This document shows positions 38,228-47,055 of a DNA stretch of 64,000 bases, one piece after another (position 1 is the stretch's first letter; every line of letters begins with the position of its first letter). The DNA comes from a bacterium (GTDB taxonomy: Bacteria; UBA8248). The DNA lies in contig OZ241326.1 of NCBI GenBank assembly GCA_965199855.1, forward strand, positions 928,001-992,000, written 5' to 3'. The notes below the pieces were generated by a model. It did not search any database and was not told the DNA's origin. It saw only the letters and a list, made by a program, of their open reading frames with translations. Position numbers and translations under genes: made by a program.

Positions 38228-38452
38228 ACCACCGATTGCGGCGTCCGGGGAAGGAAGCCGGACGAAAGGTCGGGAGACGGGCGTCCCCGGCGGGGTTTTC
38301 GGGCGGCGCTCCTGTTGACATTTTCGGGCGGCGCGACTACAAGTTGGGTCGGCATCATCGCCGAAAACTGAACCGACGCTCCGAAGCTTCCCGCCGCGGG
38401 GAGCGCGCGTCCGTTCGCGTCGCTTCAACGTCGAAGGAGAGGGAGAAGAAAG

Positions 38453-39469
38453 ATGAAAAGACTGGCTGTTTCGCTCGCGGCTGCGTTCGCGCTCTGCTCG
38501 GCAGGCGCCGCGCTCGCCGCAACGCTGGACGAGGTGAAGAAGAGCGGGGCGCTCAAGTGCGGCGTCTCGACCGGCCTGCCCGGCTTCGCCGCCCCCGACG
38601 ACAAGGGCGTGTGGCGGGGCTTCGACGTGGACGTCTGCCGCGCCGTCGCCGCCGCCGTGCTCGGCGACCCGAAGGCCGTGAAGTTCACGCCCCTCACCAC
38701 GAAGAACCGCTTCCCGGCGCTGGCCGCCGGCGAGATCGACCTGCTCTCGCGCAACACGACCTGGACGTTCTCGCGCGACGTGAACCTCAAGTTCGAGTTC
38801 GTCGGCGTGAACTACTACGACGGACAGGGCTTCATGGTGCGCAAGGCGCTGGGCGTGAAGTCGGCGAAGGAGCTGAACGGCGCCTCGGTCTGCATCCAGA
38901 CGGGGACGACGACCGAGCTGAACCTGGCGGACTTCTTCCGCTCGAACGGCATGAAGTATGAGCCGATCACCATCGAGACGAACGCCGAGGCGCGCGCCGG
39001 CTACGAGGCGGGGCGCTGCGACGTCTATACGACGGACGCCTCCGGGCTGGCCTCGACCCGCGCCGTCCTCAAGGACCCGAAGGCGCACGCCATCCTGCCG
39101 GAAATCATCTCGAAGGAGCCCCTGGGGCCCGTCGTCCGCCACGGCGACAACCAGTGGGGCGACGTCGCGCGCTGGGTGCTGAACGCGCTCATCATCGCGG
39201 AGGAGAAGGGCGTCACCGCGGCGAACGCCGACTCGATGGCGACCGGCTCGAAGGATCCGGAAGTGCGCCGCCTGCTGGGCACCGAGGGCGAATACGGCAA
39301 GATGCTGGGCCTGCCCAAGAACTGGGCGGCGCGCGCCATCAAGGCCGTCGGCAACTACGGCGAGATATTCGAGCGCCACATCGGCCCGAAGACCAAGATC
39401 GGGCTCGAGCGCGGCCTGAACCAGCTGTGGAGCAAGGGCGGCATCCTCTACGCGCCCCCGTTCCGGTAA
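38453..39469 (+). CDS. aapJ: General L-amino-acid ABC substrate-binding protein
   Basis: GFDVDVCRAVAAA, RNTTWT, ISKEPLGP, GNYGEIF, YAPPFR. Confidence 0.93.
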   Translation: MKRLAVSLAAAFALCSAGAALAATLDEVKKSGALKCGVSTGLPGFAAPDDKGVWRGFDVDVCRAVAAAVLGDPKAVKFTPLTTKNRFPALAAGEIDLLSRNTTWTFSRDVNLKFEFVGVNYYDGQGFMVRKALGVKSAKELNGASVCIQTGTTTELNLADFFRSNGMKYEPITIETNAEARAGYEAGRCDVYTTDASGLASTRAVLKDPKAHAILPEIISKEPLGPVVRHGDNQWGDVARWVLNALIIAEEKGVTAANADSMATGSKDPEVRRLLGTEGEYGKMLGLPKNWAARAIKAVGNYGEIFERHIGPKTKIGLERGLNQLWSKGGILYAPPFR

Positions 39470-39609
39470 GCGCTTCGGAAAAGCCGTGAGCCTCCTTCGC
39501 GGAGCGGGCTTCGAGAGGCGGGGCATGACGACGCGAGCCGGAATGCCCCGCCTCTTTTCGCTTTCGCGGCGCGCGCGGGAGGGGGCTTCCCCGACGGAAG
39601 GCGGGCGCG

Positions 39610-40791
39610 ATGGCGAATGAGGCGGCGGCGCCGGGCGGGCGCGAGTCGATATGGACCGACCTGCGGTTCCGCTCGATCCTGACGCAGACGCTCGCCCTGG
39701 GCGTCGCGGTGCTCGTCCTGTACGGGCTGACCTACAACGCCGCGCGGAACATGGGCAGCCTGGGCAAGGAGATCAGCTTCTGGTTCCTCACCCAGCCGGC
39801 GGGCTTCGACATCCCGCTGACGCTGATTCCCTACTCGCCGACCTCTCCGGTCATCGACGTCTATTTCGTGGGGCTTCTGAACACCCTCCTGCTGTCGAGC
39901 CTGGGCTGCGTCCTAGCGACGGCGCTCGGCTTCGTTCTCGCCCTGATGCGGCTCTCGAAGAACTGGCTGCTCAGCCGAATCGTCTATTGCTACGTCGAGT
40001 TCATGCGGAACATCCCGCTGCTTCTCCAGATCATCTTCTGGTACGCGGTGCTTCTGGGGCTTCCGCGCTGGAGCCGCGCGGACAGGCCCCGGTTCGGCTT
40101 CTATCTGAACAACCGGGGCCTCTTCGGCCCGGCCCCCGATTTTCAGCCGGACTTCTGGTGGGTGGCGCTGGCGTTTCTCGCGGCCGCCGCCGCGTCGATC
40201 GTCCTCCGCAGGCGGGCGCGCGCGCGGCAGGAGGCGACCGGCAGGACGTTTCCCGTCTTCTGGACGTCGGTCGCCCTTCTGGCGGGCCTGCCGCTGGCGG
40301 CCTGGCTTCTGACCGGCGGGCCGGTCGAGCTGCTCCACCCCCGGGCGACGCGCTTCAACCTGCGGGGCGGCATGGTGGTGCGCCCCGAGTTCATCGCCAT
40401 CCTCCTCGCGCTCACGCTCTACACCGGCGCCTTCATCTCCGAGATCGTCCGCGCCGGCGTCCTGGCGGTCCACAGGGGACAGACGGAGGCGGCCCTCGCC
40501 CTGGGACTCAGGCGGAGCCTGAACATGCGGCTCGTCGTCATTCCGCAGGCGATGCGGGTGATCATCCCCCCGCTCACGAGCCAGTATCTCAACCTCACGA
40601 AGAACTCCTCGCTGGCCTACGCGGTCGGCTTCGCCGAGCTGTTCGCCGTCTATGCCGGCATCGCGCTGAACCAGACGGGCAAGGAGATCGAGATCATGGC
40701 GATGACGATGGCGACCTATCTCGTCATCAGCCTGCTCATCTCGGCCTTTATGAACTGGTACAACAGGCGCGTGAAGCTGATGGAGCGATGA
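39610..40791 (+). CDS. aapQ: Amino-acid ABC permease
   Basis: GLLNTL, RNIPLLLQ, QYLNLTKNSSLA. Confidence 0.9.
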   Translation: MANEAAAPGGRESIWTDLRFRSILTQTLALGVAVLVLYGLTYNAARNMGSLGKEISFWFLTQPAGFDIPLTLIPYSPTSPVIDVYFVGLLNTLLLSSLGCVLATALGFVLALMRLSKNWLLSRIVYCYVEFMRNIPLLLQIIFWYAVLLGLPRWSRADRPRFGFYLNNRGLFGPAPDFQPDFWWVALAFLAAAAASIVLRRRARARQEATGRTFPVFWTSVALLAGLPLAAWLLTGGPVELLHPRATRFNLRGGMVVRPEFIAILLALTLYTGAFISEIVRAGVLAVHRGQTEAALALGLRRSLNMRLVVIPQAMRVIIPPLTSQYLNLTKNSSLAYAVGFAELFAVYAGIALNQTGKEIEIMAMTMATYLVISLLISAFMNWYNRRVKLMER

Positions 40792-40795
40792 CGCC

Positions 40796-41923
40796 GTGAG
40801 CGGGACGAACCCGAAGGCCACGGAGAGCGGCGCCGTCTGGCGTCCCCGGCCTGGCCGCCCGCCCCCGCCGACGATGGTGGGCGCGCTGGGCTGGATGCGG
40901 GAGAACCTCTTTTCGAGCTTCTTCAACGGCTGCCTCACCTTCGCCTCGCTCGCGTTCCTCCTCCTCACGGTTCCGCCGCTGCTCGACTGGATGATCTTCG
41001 AGGCCGCCTTCGGCGCGGCGAGGGAGTCGTGCGCGGGCGCCTCCGGCGCCTGCTGGTCGGTCGTCATCGCCCGCTGGGATCAGCTCATGTACGGCTTCTA
41101 CCCCGAAGCCGAGCACTGGCGCCCCAACCTGGCCTTCTGCCTTCTGCTGGCCGCCCTCTACTACGGGCTCTACGACGGGGCGCCGGGCCGCAAATACGGG
41201 CTCATGTTCTGCGCCGCCTTTCCCTTCATCGCCTACTGGCTCCTCTACGGCGGCTTCGGCGGGCTCGCCTTCGTCGAGTCGGCGAAGTGGGGGGGGCTTC
41301 TGCTCACCATCACGATGGGGGTCACGGGCATCTCGGTCTCGATTCCCCTGGGCGTTCTGCTCGCGCTCGGGCGCCGCTCGGAGATGCGCGTCATCAGCGG
41401 GATGTGCGTCGTCTTCATCGAATACATCCGGGGCGTGCCGCTCATCACCATCCTGTTCTTCTCCAACATCGCGCTGCCCCTGTTCCTGCCCGAGGGGGTG
41501 ACCATCGACGGCTATCTGCGGGCGGTGGTGGGCATGTGCCTGTTCGCCTCGGGCTACATGGCGGAGGTCATCCGCGGCGGCCTCCAGGCGATACCGCGGG
41601 GGCAATACGAGGCGGCCGACGCGCTGGGCATGGGATACTGGCGGACGACGGCGCTCATCGTCCTGCCGCAGGCGCTGCGGATATCCATCCCCGGCATCGT
41701 GAACACCTCCATCGCCCTCTACAAGGAGACCACCCTGGTCGCCCTCGTCGGGCTGTTCGACCTGCTGGGCATCTCGCGGGCGATCGTGGCGGATCAGGAA
41801 TGGCTGGGGCTCGACGTCGATCTCTACGTCTTCATCGCCGTCGGGTTCTTCATCTTCTGCTTCTCGATGTCGCGCTACAGCCTGTGGCTGGAGAAGAGGC
41901 TCGCGCGCGGGGAGGATCGATGA
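40796..41923 (+). CDS. aapM: Amino-acid ABC permease
   Basis: [29 protein letters not shown]. Confidence 0.9.
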   Translation: MSGTNPKATESGAVWRPRPGRPPPPTMVGALGWMRENLFSSFFNGCLTFASLAFLLLTVPPLLDWMIFEAAFGAARESCAGASGACWSVVIARWDQLMYGFYPEAEHWRPNLAFCLLLAALYYGLYDGAPGRKYGLMFCAAFPFIAYWLLYGGFGGLAFVESAKWGGLLLTITMGVTGISVSIPLGVLLALGRRSEMRVISGMCVVFIEYIRGVPLITILFFSNIALPLFLPEGVTIDGYLRAVVGMCLFASGYMAEVIRGGLQAIPRGQYEAADALGMGYWRTTALIVLPQALRISIPGIVNTSIALYKETTLVALVGLFDLLGISRAIVADQEWLGLDVDLYVFIAVGFFIFCFSMSRYSLWLEKRLARGEDR

Positions 41924-42696
41924 GGCGCGAGGGGGAAGGAGGCGGCGGGATGGGCGCGGAGGATTCGGCGGTCGAGATGCGCGGCGTCAACAAGTGGTTC
42001 GGCGCCTTCCACGTCCTGAAGGACATCAACCTGCGGGTCGCGCGCGGCGAGCGCATCGTCATCTGCGGGCCTTCGGGCTCCGGCAAGTCCACCCTGGTGC
42101 GGTGCCTCAACCGGCTGGAGGAGCACCAGGAGGGCGACATCGTCGTCAACGGGGTGCGGCTCACCAACGACCTCAGAAACATCGACGAGGTGCGCTCCGA
42201 GGTCGGCATGGTGTTCCAGAGCTTCAACCTGTTTCCCCACCTGACGGTTCTCGAGAACTGCGCCCTGGCGCCCGTCTGGGTGCGGAAGATTCCCAGGAAG
42301 GACGCCGAGGAGACCGCCATGCGCTACCTGGAGCGCGTCAAGATTCCCGAGCAGGCGGACAAATACCCGGGGCAGCTCTCGGGCGGCCAGCAGCAGCGCG
42401 TCGCCATCGCGCGCGCCCTGTGCATGGACCCGCGCGTCATGCTCTTCGACGAGCCGACCTCCGCGCTCGATCCCGAGATGATCAAGGAGGTGCTCGAGGT
42501 GATGGTGGGCCTCGCTGAATCGGGCATGACGATGCTTTGCGTCACCCACGAGATGGGCTTCGCGCGCGAGGTCGCCAACCGGGTGATCTTCATGGACGAG
42601 GGCGAGATCGTGGAGCAGAACGAGCCCCAGCAGTTCTTCATCAACCCCCGGCACGACCGCACCAAGGCGTTTCTGAACCAGATCCTCAGGCACTGA
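41920..42696 (+). CDS. aapP: Amino-acid ABC ATPase
   Basis: [25 protein letters not shown]. Confidence 0.93.
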   Translation: MRREGEGGGGMGAEDSAVEMRGVNKWFGAFHVLKDINLRVARGERIVICGPSGSGKSTLVRCLNRLEEHQEGDIVVNGVRLTNDLRNIDEVRSEVGMVFQSFNLFPHLTVLENCALAPVWVRKIPRKDAEETAMRYLERVKIPEQADKYPGQLSGGQQQRVAIARALCMDPRVMLFDEPTSALDPEMIKEVLEVMVGLAESGMTMLCVTHEMGFAREVANRVIFMDEGEIVEQNEPQQFFINPRHDRTKAFLNQILRH

Positions 42697-42755
42697 TCCC
42701 CGCGTCCGCCCGCGCGAATGCGGCGGCGCGGCTCCGATTCCGGGAGGAAATTCCG

Positions 42756-44261
42756 ATGAGCAGACTCACGGCGGCGCTCGCCATGTGCGCCCTCGCGCCG
42801 CGCCCCGCCTTCGCGGGAATCGACGACGCGATCAACGCGGCCACCGCGCCCATAGCCTCCGCCGTCGGCGCGGTCGTGTTCTTCAAGGTTCCCCTCTTCG
42901 GCGCCCAGCTGCCCCTGGTCGTCCTCTGGCTGGTCGCGGGCGCGTTCTTCTTCACCTTCAAAATGGGCTTCGTGAACGTGCGCGGCTTCCGGCACGCCGT
43001 GCGGCTCACGCGCGGCGACTACGCGGACCCGGGCCACGCCGGCGAGGTCTCGCACTTCCAGGCGCTGGCCACGGCGGTTTCGGGCACCGTGGGCATCGGG
43101 AACATCGGCGGGGTGGCGGTGGCGGTTACGGTCGGCGGGCCGGGCGCGACCTTCTGGTTCATCCTGGCCGGCTTTCTGGGCATGTCCACCAAGTTCGTGG
43201 AGTGCGTCCTGGGCGTGAAATACCGCGGCGAGAACCCGGACGGCTCGGTCTCGGGCGGCCCCATGCACTACCTGCGCCGCGGCTTCTCCGAGCGCGGCAT
43301 GGCGGGCTTCGGCAGGTTCCTCGGCGCGTTCTACGCGGTCGGCATCCTCATCGGCGCGATGGGCATCGGCAACATGTTCCAGTCCAACCAGGCCTACGCG
43401 CAGATCAACAACGTGGCGGGCGGTGCGCTCGACGGGCTGGGCTGGCTCGTGGGCCTCGTCATGGCCGGCGTGGTGTTCCTAGTGATCGTGGGCGGCATCA
43501 GGTCCATCGCGGCGACGGCGGAGAAGCTCGTCCCGTTCATGGCGGCGCTCTACTGCTTCTTCGCGCTCGTCGTCATCGCCATGAACGGCGCGGCGGCCTT
43601 CGGGCAGGCGATCGGCAGCATCGTGAGCGGCGCGTTCACGGGCGAGGGCGTGGCGGGCGGCGCGCTCGGGGCGCTCATCATCGGCTTTCAGCGCGCCGTA
43701 TTCTCGAACGAGGCGGGCATCGGCTCGGCCTCCATCGCCCACGCCGCCGTGCGCACCAACGAGCCCGTCACCGAGGGGCTGGTCTCGCTGCTGGAGCCCT
43801 TCATCGACACCATCGTCATCTGCACGATCACCGCCCTCGTCCTCGCCACGACGGCCGCGGCGCATCCGGGCTACGCGGGCGGCGCCACGGGCATTGCCAT
43901 GGCCTCGGCCGCCTTCAAGCTCCAGCTTTCCTGGTTCCCGATTCCGCTCGCCTTCGCAGGGACGCTCTTCGCCTTCTCTACGATGATCGCCTGGTCCTAC
44001 TACGGCCTGAAGGGCTGGACGTATCTGTTCGGCGAGGGGCCGACGGGGCAGACCGTCTACAAGGTCGCGTTCTGCGTCTTCGTCGTCCTGGGCTGCACGG
44101 TGAGCCTGGGGCCCATTCTCGACATCTCGGACGCGCTGGTGTTCCTCATCTGCGTGCCGAACGTTCTGGGGCTCTACTTCCTCGCTCCCGCCGTGAAGCG
44201 GGAGCTGGACGGCTACATGGCGCGCCTCGCGAGCGGCGAAATCAAGAAGACGAGGAGCTAG
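42756..44261 (+). CDS. Alanine/glycine:cation symporter (AGCS)
   Basis: TVGIGNIGGV, GGPGA, FSNEAGIGS, FIDT. Confidence 0.93.
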   Translation: MSRLTAALAMCALAPRPAFAGIDDAINAATAPIASAVGAVVFFKVPLFGAQLPLVVLWLVAGAFFFTFKMGFVNVRGFRHAVRLTRGDYADPGHAGEVSHFQALATAVSGTVGIGNIGGVAVAVTVGGPGATFWFILAGFLGMSTKFVECVLGVKYRGENPDGSVSGGPMHYLRRGFSERGMAGFGRFLGAFYAVGILIGAMGIGNMFQSNQAYAQINNVAGGALDGLGWLVGLVMAGVVFLVIVGGIRSIAATAEKLVPFMAALYCFFALVVIAMNGAAAFGQAIGSIVSGAFTGEGVAGGALGALIIGFQRAVFSNEAGIGSASIAHAAVRTNEPVTEGLVSLLEPFIDTIVICTITALVLATTAAAHPGYAGGATGIAMASAAFKLQLSWFPIPLAFAGTLFAFSTMIAWSYYGLKGWTYLFGEGPTGQTVYKVAFCVFVVLGCTVSLGPILDISDALVFLICVPNVLGLYFLAPAVKRELDGYMARLASGEIKKTRS

Positions 44262-44351
44262 AAGCGGAGAGGGGCGCCATCGGAGTTTTCACGCGAGCGG
44301 CGGGGCTCCGCGGAGGACGAGACGCCGCGGGGAGTCCGCGCGCCTTCCCGC

Positions 44352-46160
44352 TCAGCGAATCGCCCGCCGGACGGAGGTCATGGCCCCGAAGGGGTCCGGC
44401 CTCCGGAGCCGCTCTCGGGCGTCCGCGTCTCCCTTGAGGTGCCAGTCGAACCACGCCCGCGCGTACCAGTCGCGGATCACGTGGGGCAGATACGCCTCGC
44501 CCGCGCTGGGGACTTCCGCCCAGCCGAGCTGTACGTAGCGCTCCCCGCCGCCTCCCGGCGGAGCGAAGGCGCGCGCGCCCGTGGGCTTGCGCGTCCGCTC
44601 CGGGGTCTGGCCGAAGGGCAGCGCCCCGCGCCGGAACGCCGGCCAGGGGAAGAGGCGCGCGAAGTCCTCCACGAGCGTGCCATGGTCGGTGTCGCGCGCG
44701 ATCACCAGCAGGCGGTCGGAGACCGCTCGCCGCCACCCGCTGAGCGCGACCGGCTGCGGGTTCCTCGCGCGATCGGGCGCGGCGCGCTCGGAGGCGAGCG
44801 GAAAGGCCGCGGCGGGGTCGCCCCCGGCCGCCGCCACCGCCGATTGGAACAGGCCGATGAAGATGCTCTGCACGAAGGCGTCCTCGTCGCCGATCATGAT
44901 CAACAGGGGCTTGCGGTTGCCGACGGGCAGCGTCTCGCCGCCCTCTTTCGTCTCGCCCGCGCCGAACATCTCCTCCGGCGTCCAGCTGAAGGGCGGGGCG
45001 TTGTTGAAGCCGAGCGCCGCGGCCGCGCCCGGCAGGTGGTTCGCCGCGAGCTGCGCCGTCATGGAGCCCAGCGAATGGCCGGCCAGTCCCACGCGCGCGC
45101 CGTCAATGCGCCCCGCCAGCAGGCCGCACAGACCGCGCGCCGCGCTGGTCGCGCCCATGGCGGCGAGCGCGGGGCGGCAGGTCTCCTTCTTCTCGCCGAG
45201 CAGCCGCGCGGTTCGCAGCGTCAGCCTCACGTCGTCCACGCGCCGGCGAAAAAGGTTGCGCATCATCGCCATGGCGCGCTCCACCCCGCCGGGGACGAGC
45301 TTCTCCTTCGGCGGGTCGAAGCCGGCGGGCGGCGCGAACCCCCGTCCCTCGCGCCCGAACGCGAGGCGGTAGAAATAGGGGACGACCTTGGCCTCGCCGA
45401 GCATCAGCGCGTAGGCGCGCTTCACCTCCTCGGGCGAGGCGCGCCTGGCGAAGGGCGAATCCGGGTCGTGGAACGCGAGCGCCAGGCCGCCGTCCGAGAC
45501 GAAGGTGGGCGCCGCCACCACGTAGCCGCGCGAGGCGAGAAACTCGGCGAAGGAGCTCCACATGCCGTGGCTTCCGCCGAGGCCGTGGGCGAGAACCACG
45601 AGGGGAAACCTCCCCTCGGCGGGCCGGGCGCCGATCCACGCTCCGAGCGGGGCGTCGAGGGTGCGCCGGCGAATCTCGCGGAGGGCGTCCCCGCGCGCCG
45701 CCCCCTTCGCTTCGGCGAGGGTTCCGCCGCCGCGAAGGCGGACGTGCCGCGGCGGCGGCCGGGGCGCCGCGGCGATTCGCTCCGCCAGGGAGCGATCCCG
45801 AAAGTAGAGGTCGAAGAACGTAGCTCGCCGCCCGCTCGCTGCGGGGCGGGGGGAGCGCGGCCCGGCGAGGCGCCCGCGCGCGGGGTCCGGCGCCGCCGGA
45901 TACCACAGCTGGAACGGCGCCGTCCGGGTCTGGCCCGCCGCCTCCACCCGGCGCAGGAGGGCGCGGTATTCGGGGCGGCCGTAGGCGGCGTTCCAGGGGT
46001 CGAAGCGCTGATGCCTGTCCACGGCGAAGCCGGTGAGCGTCCCCACGGCGTAGTCGCCGTAAGCCGCCCCCGAGGGCAGGGCGCGCAGCTGCGCCGCCGC
46101 GCCGCCGGGGTTCGCGATAGCGAGGACGAAGGCGAGCGGCAGCGCCGCCAGGAATTTCAT
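44352..46160 (-). CDS. Secreted alpha/beta-hydrolase (PAF-AH/dienelactone hydrolase-like)
   Basis: QLWYPA, FPLVVLAHGLGG, LASRGYVVAAP, GHSLG nucleophile elbow. Confidence 0.8.
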   Translation of the reverse strand: MKFLAALPLAFVLAIANPGGAAAQLRALPSGAAYGDYAVGTLTGFAVDRHQRFDPWNAAYGRPEYRALLRRVEAAGQTRTAPFQLWYPAAPDPARGRLAGPRSPRPAASGRRATFFDLYFRDRSLAERIAAAPRPPPRHVRLRGGGTLAEAKGAARGDALREIRRRTLDAPLGAWIGARPAEGRFPLVVLAHGLGGSHGMWSSFAEFLASRGYVVAAPTFVSDGGLALAFHDPDSPFARRASPEEVKRAYALMLGEAKVVPYFYRLAFGREGRGFAPPAGFDPPKEKLVPGGVERAMAMMRNLFRRRVDDVRLTLRTARLLGEKKETCRPALAAMGATSAARGLCGLLAGRIDGARVGLAGHSLGSMTAQLAANHLPGAAAALGFNNAPPFSWTPEEMFGAGETKEGGETLPVGNRKPLLIMIGDEDAFVQSIFIGLFQSAVAAAGGDPAAAFPLASERAAPDRARNPQPVALSGWRRAVSDRLLVIARDTDHGTLVEDFARLFPWPAFRRGALPFGQTPERTRKPTGARAFAPPGGGGERYVQLGWAEVPSAGEAYLPHVIRDWYARAWFDWHLKGDADARERLRRPDPFGAMTSVRRAIR

Positions 46161-46239
46161 GCTTTTCTCCCGTTCCCTGAAAGCGCGGCGGCGAGAAGGG
46201 CGAAGTCCCGCGGAAGCCGAAGCCTCGCCCGCCTCGTCT

Positions 46240-46740
46240 TTACGGCTTTTTCCAGGAGCAGGTGGATTTGGAGACGAGCCATTTGTCCGGCAGGTAGTCC
46301 GTCCGGTAGGGGCACTCTCCGCTCATCCCGGCGTATTTTCCGGTGCCGCCCATGATGCGCTGGACGCCCCGCCCGCCGCCGCCGACCTGGATGTCGCCCG
46401 CGCTCCTCTCCGCCAGCAGATAGAGCTTGTCGCCCGCCGAGTCGGTGAACGCGCAGGGCGCCTGAAGCTGGACGCCCTTCTTCGTTTTCTTCACATAGAC
46501 GAGGCACGCCGCGCCGAAGTTCGCCCCCGCCGGGAAGGGGCCGCCGCTGCTCCTGACGATGGTGGCCGTTCCGCGCAGGGGACCTACGGTGACGTCGGCG
46601 TCCGCGTGCTTCATGGTCGAGTAGTCGTGGACGGCGCTCTCATAGAACTCGAAGCTGCCGCTCTCGGCGGCTAGGGCTGCGCCTGCCGAGAAGGCGAGGC
46701 CCGCCAGGGCGGCCGCCGCTGCGCCGAAGAATCTCCTCAT
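46240..46740 (-). CDS. Secreted hypothetical protein, beta-rich
   Basis: Signal peptide, GGTGKYAG motif, four Cys; RBS AGGAGG. Confidence 0.75.
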   Translation of the reverse strand: MRRFFGAAAAALAGLAFSAGAALAAESGSFEFYESAVHDYSTMKHADADVTVGPLRGTATIVRSSGGPFPAGANFGAACLVYVKKTKKGVQLQAPCAFTDSAGDKLYLLAERSAGDIQVGGGGRGVQRIMGGTGKYAGMSGECPYRTDYLPDKWLVSKSTCSWKKP

Positions 46741-46877
46741 GTTCGCTCCTCCTTTTTCGTCCCTTATGAGCTTCCCGAAAGCCGGGAGGCGGCGCGCCAA
46801 GTGTAGGACGCCGCGCCGTCCGCCTTCAACCGCGCGGGAGAGGCGGGCGCGACCGGCGGGGAGGCTTGGCGTTATCC

Positions 46878-47005
46878 AAAAAATACACCCCCGGAGAGGC
46901 CGGAGGCGTCGCGAGGGTGAGATCGTTTCCCCGTGCCGCGGGGAATTGCCTGCGAAGATTTTCTCCTTGTTGAGAAAAGCGGGGCAGGCATCGATCAGCT
47001 AAAAC
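46878..47005 (-). ncRNA. tracrRNA
   Basis: Anti-repeat 47005->46969 (GTTTTAGCTGATCGATGCCTGCCCCGCTTTTCTCAAC) complementary to the crRNA repeat, then AAGG, two hairpins and a T6 run; TTGACA on the minus strand at 47041-47036. Confidence 0.85.
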
Positions 47006-47055
47006 TGATATATTCGTAGGGCATCCCGCGGATTTTGTCAAGGGGGGATTTGGAC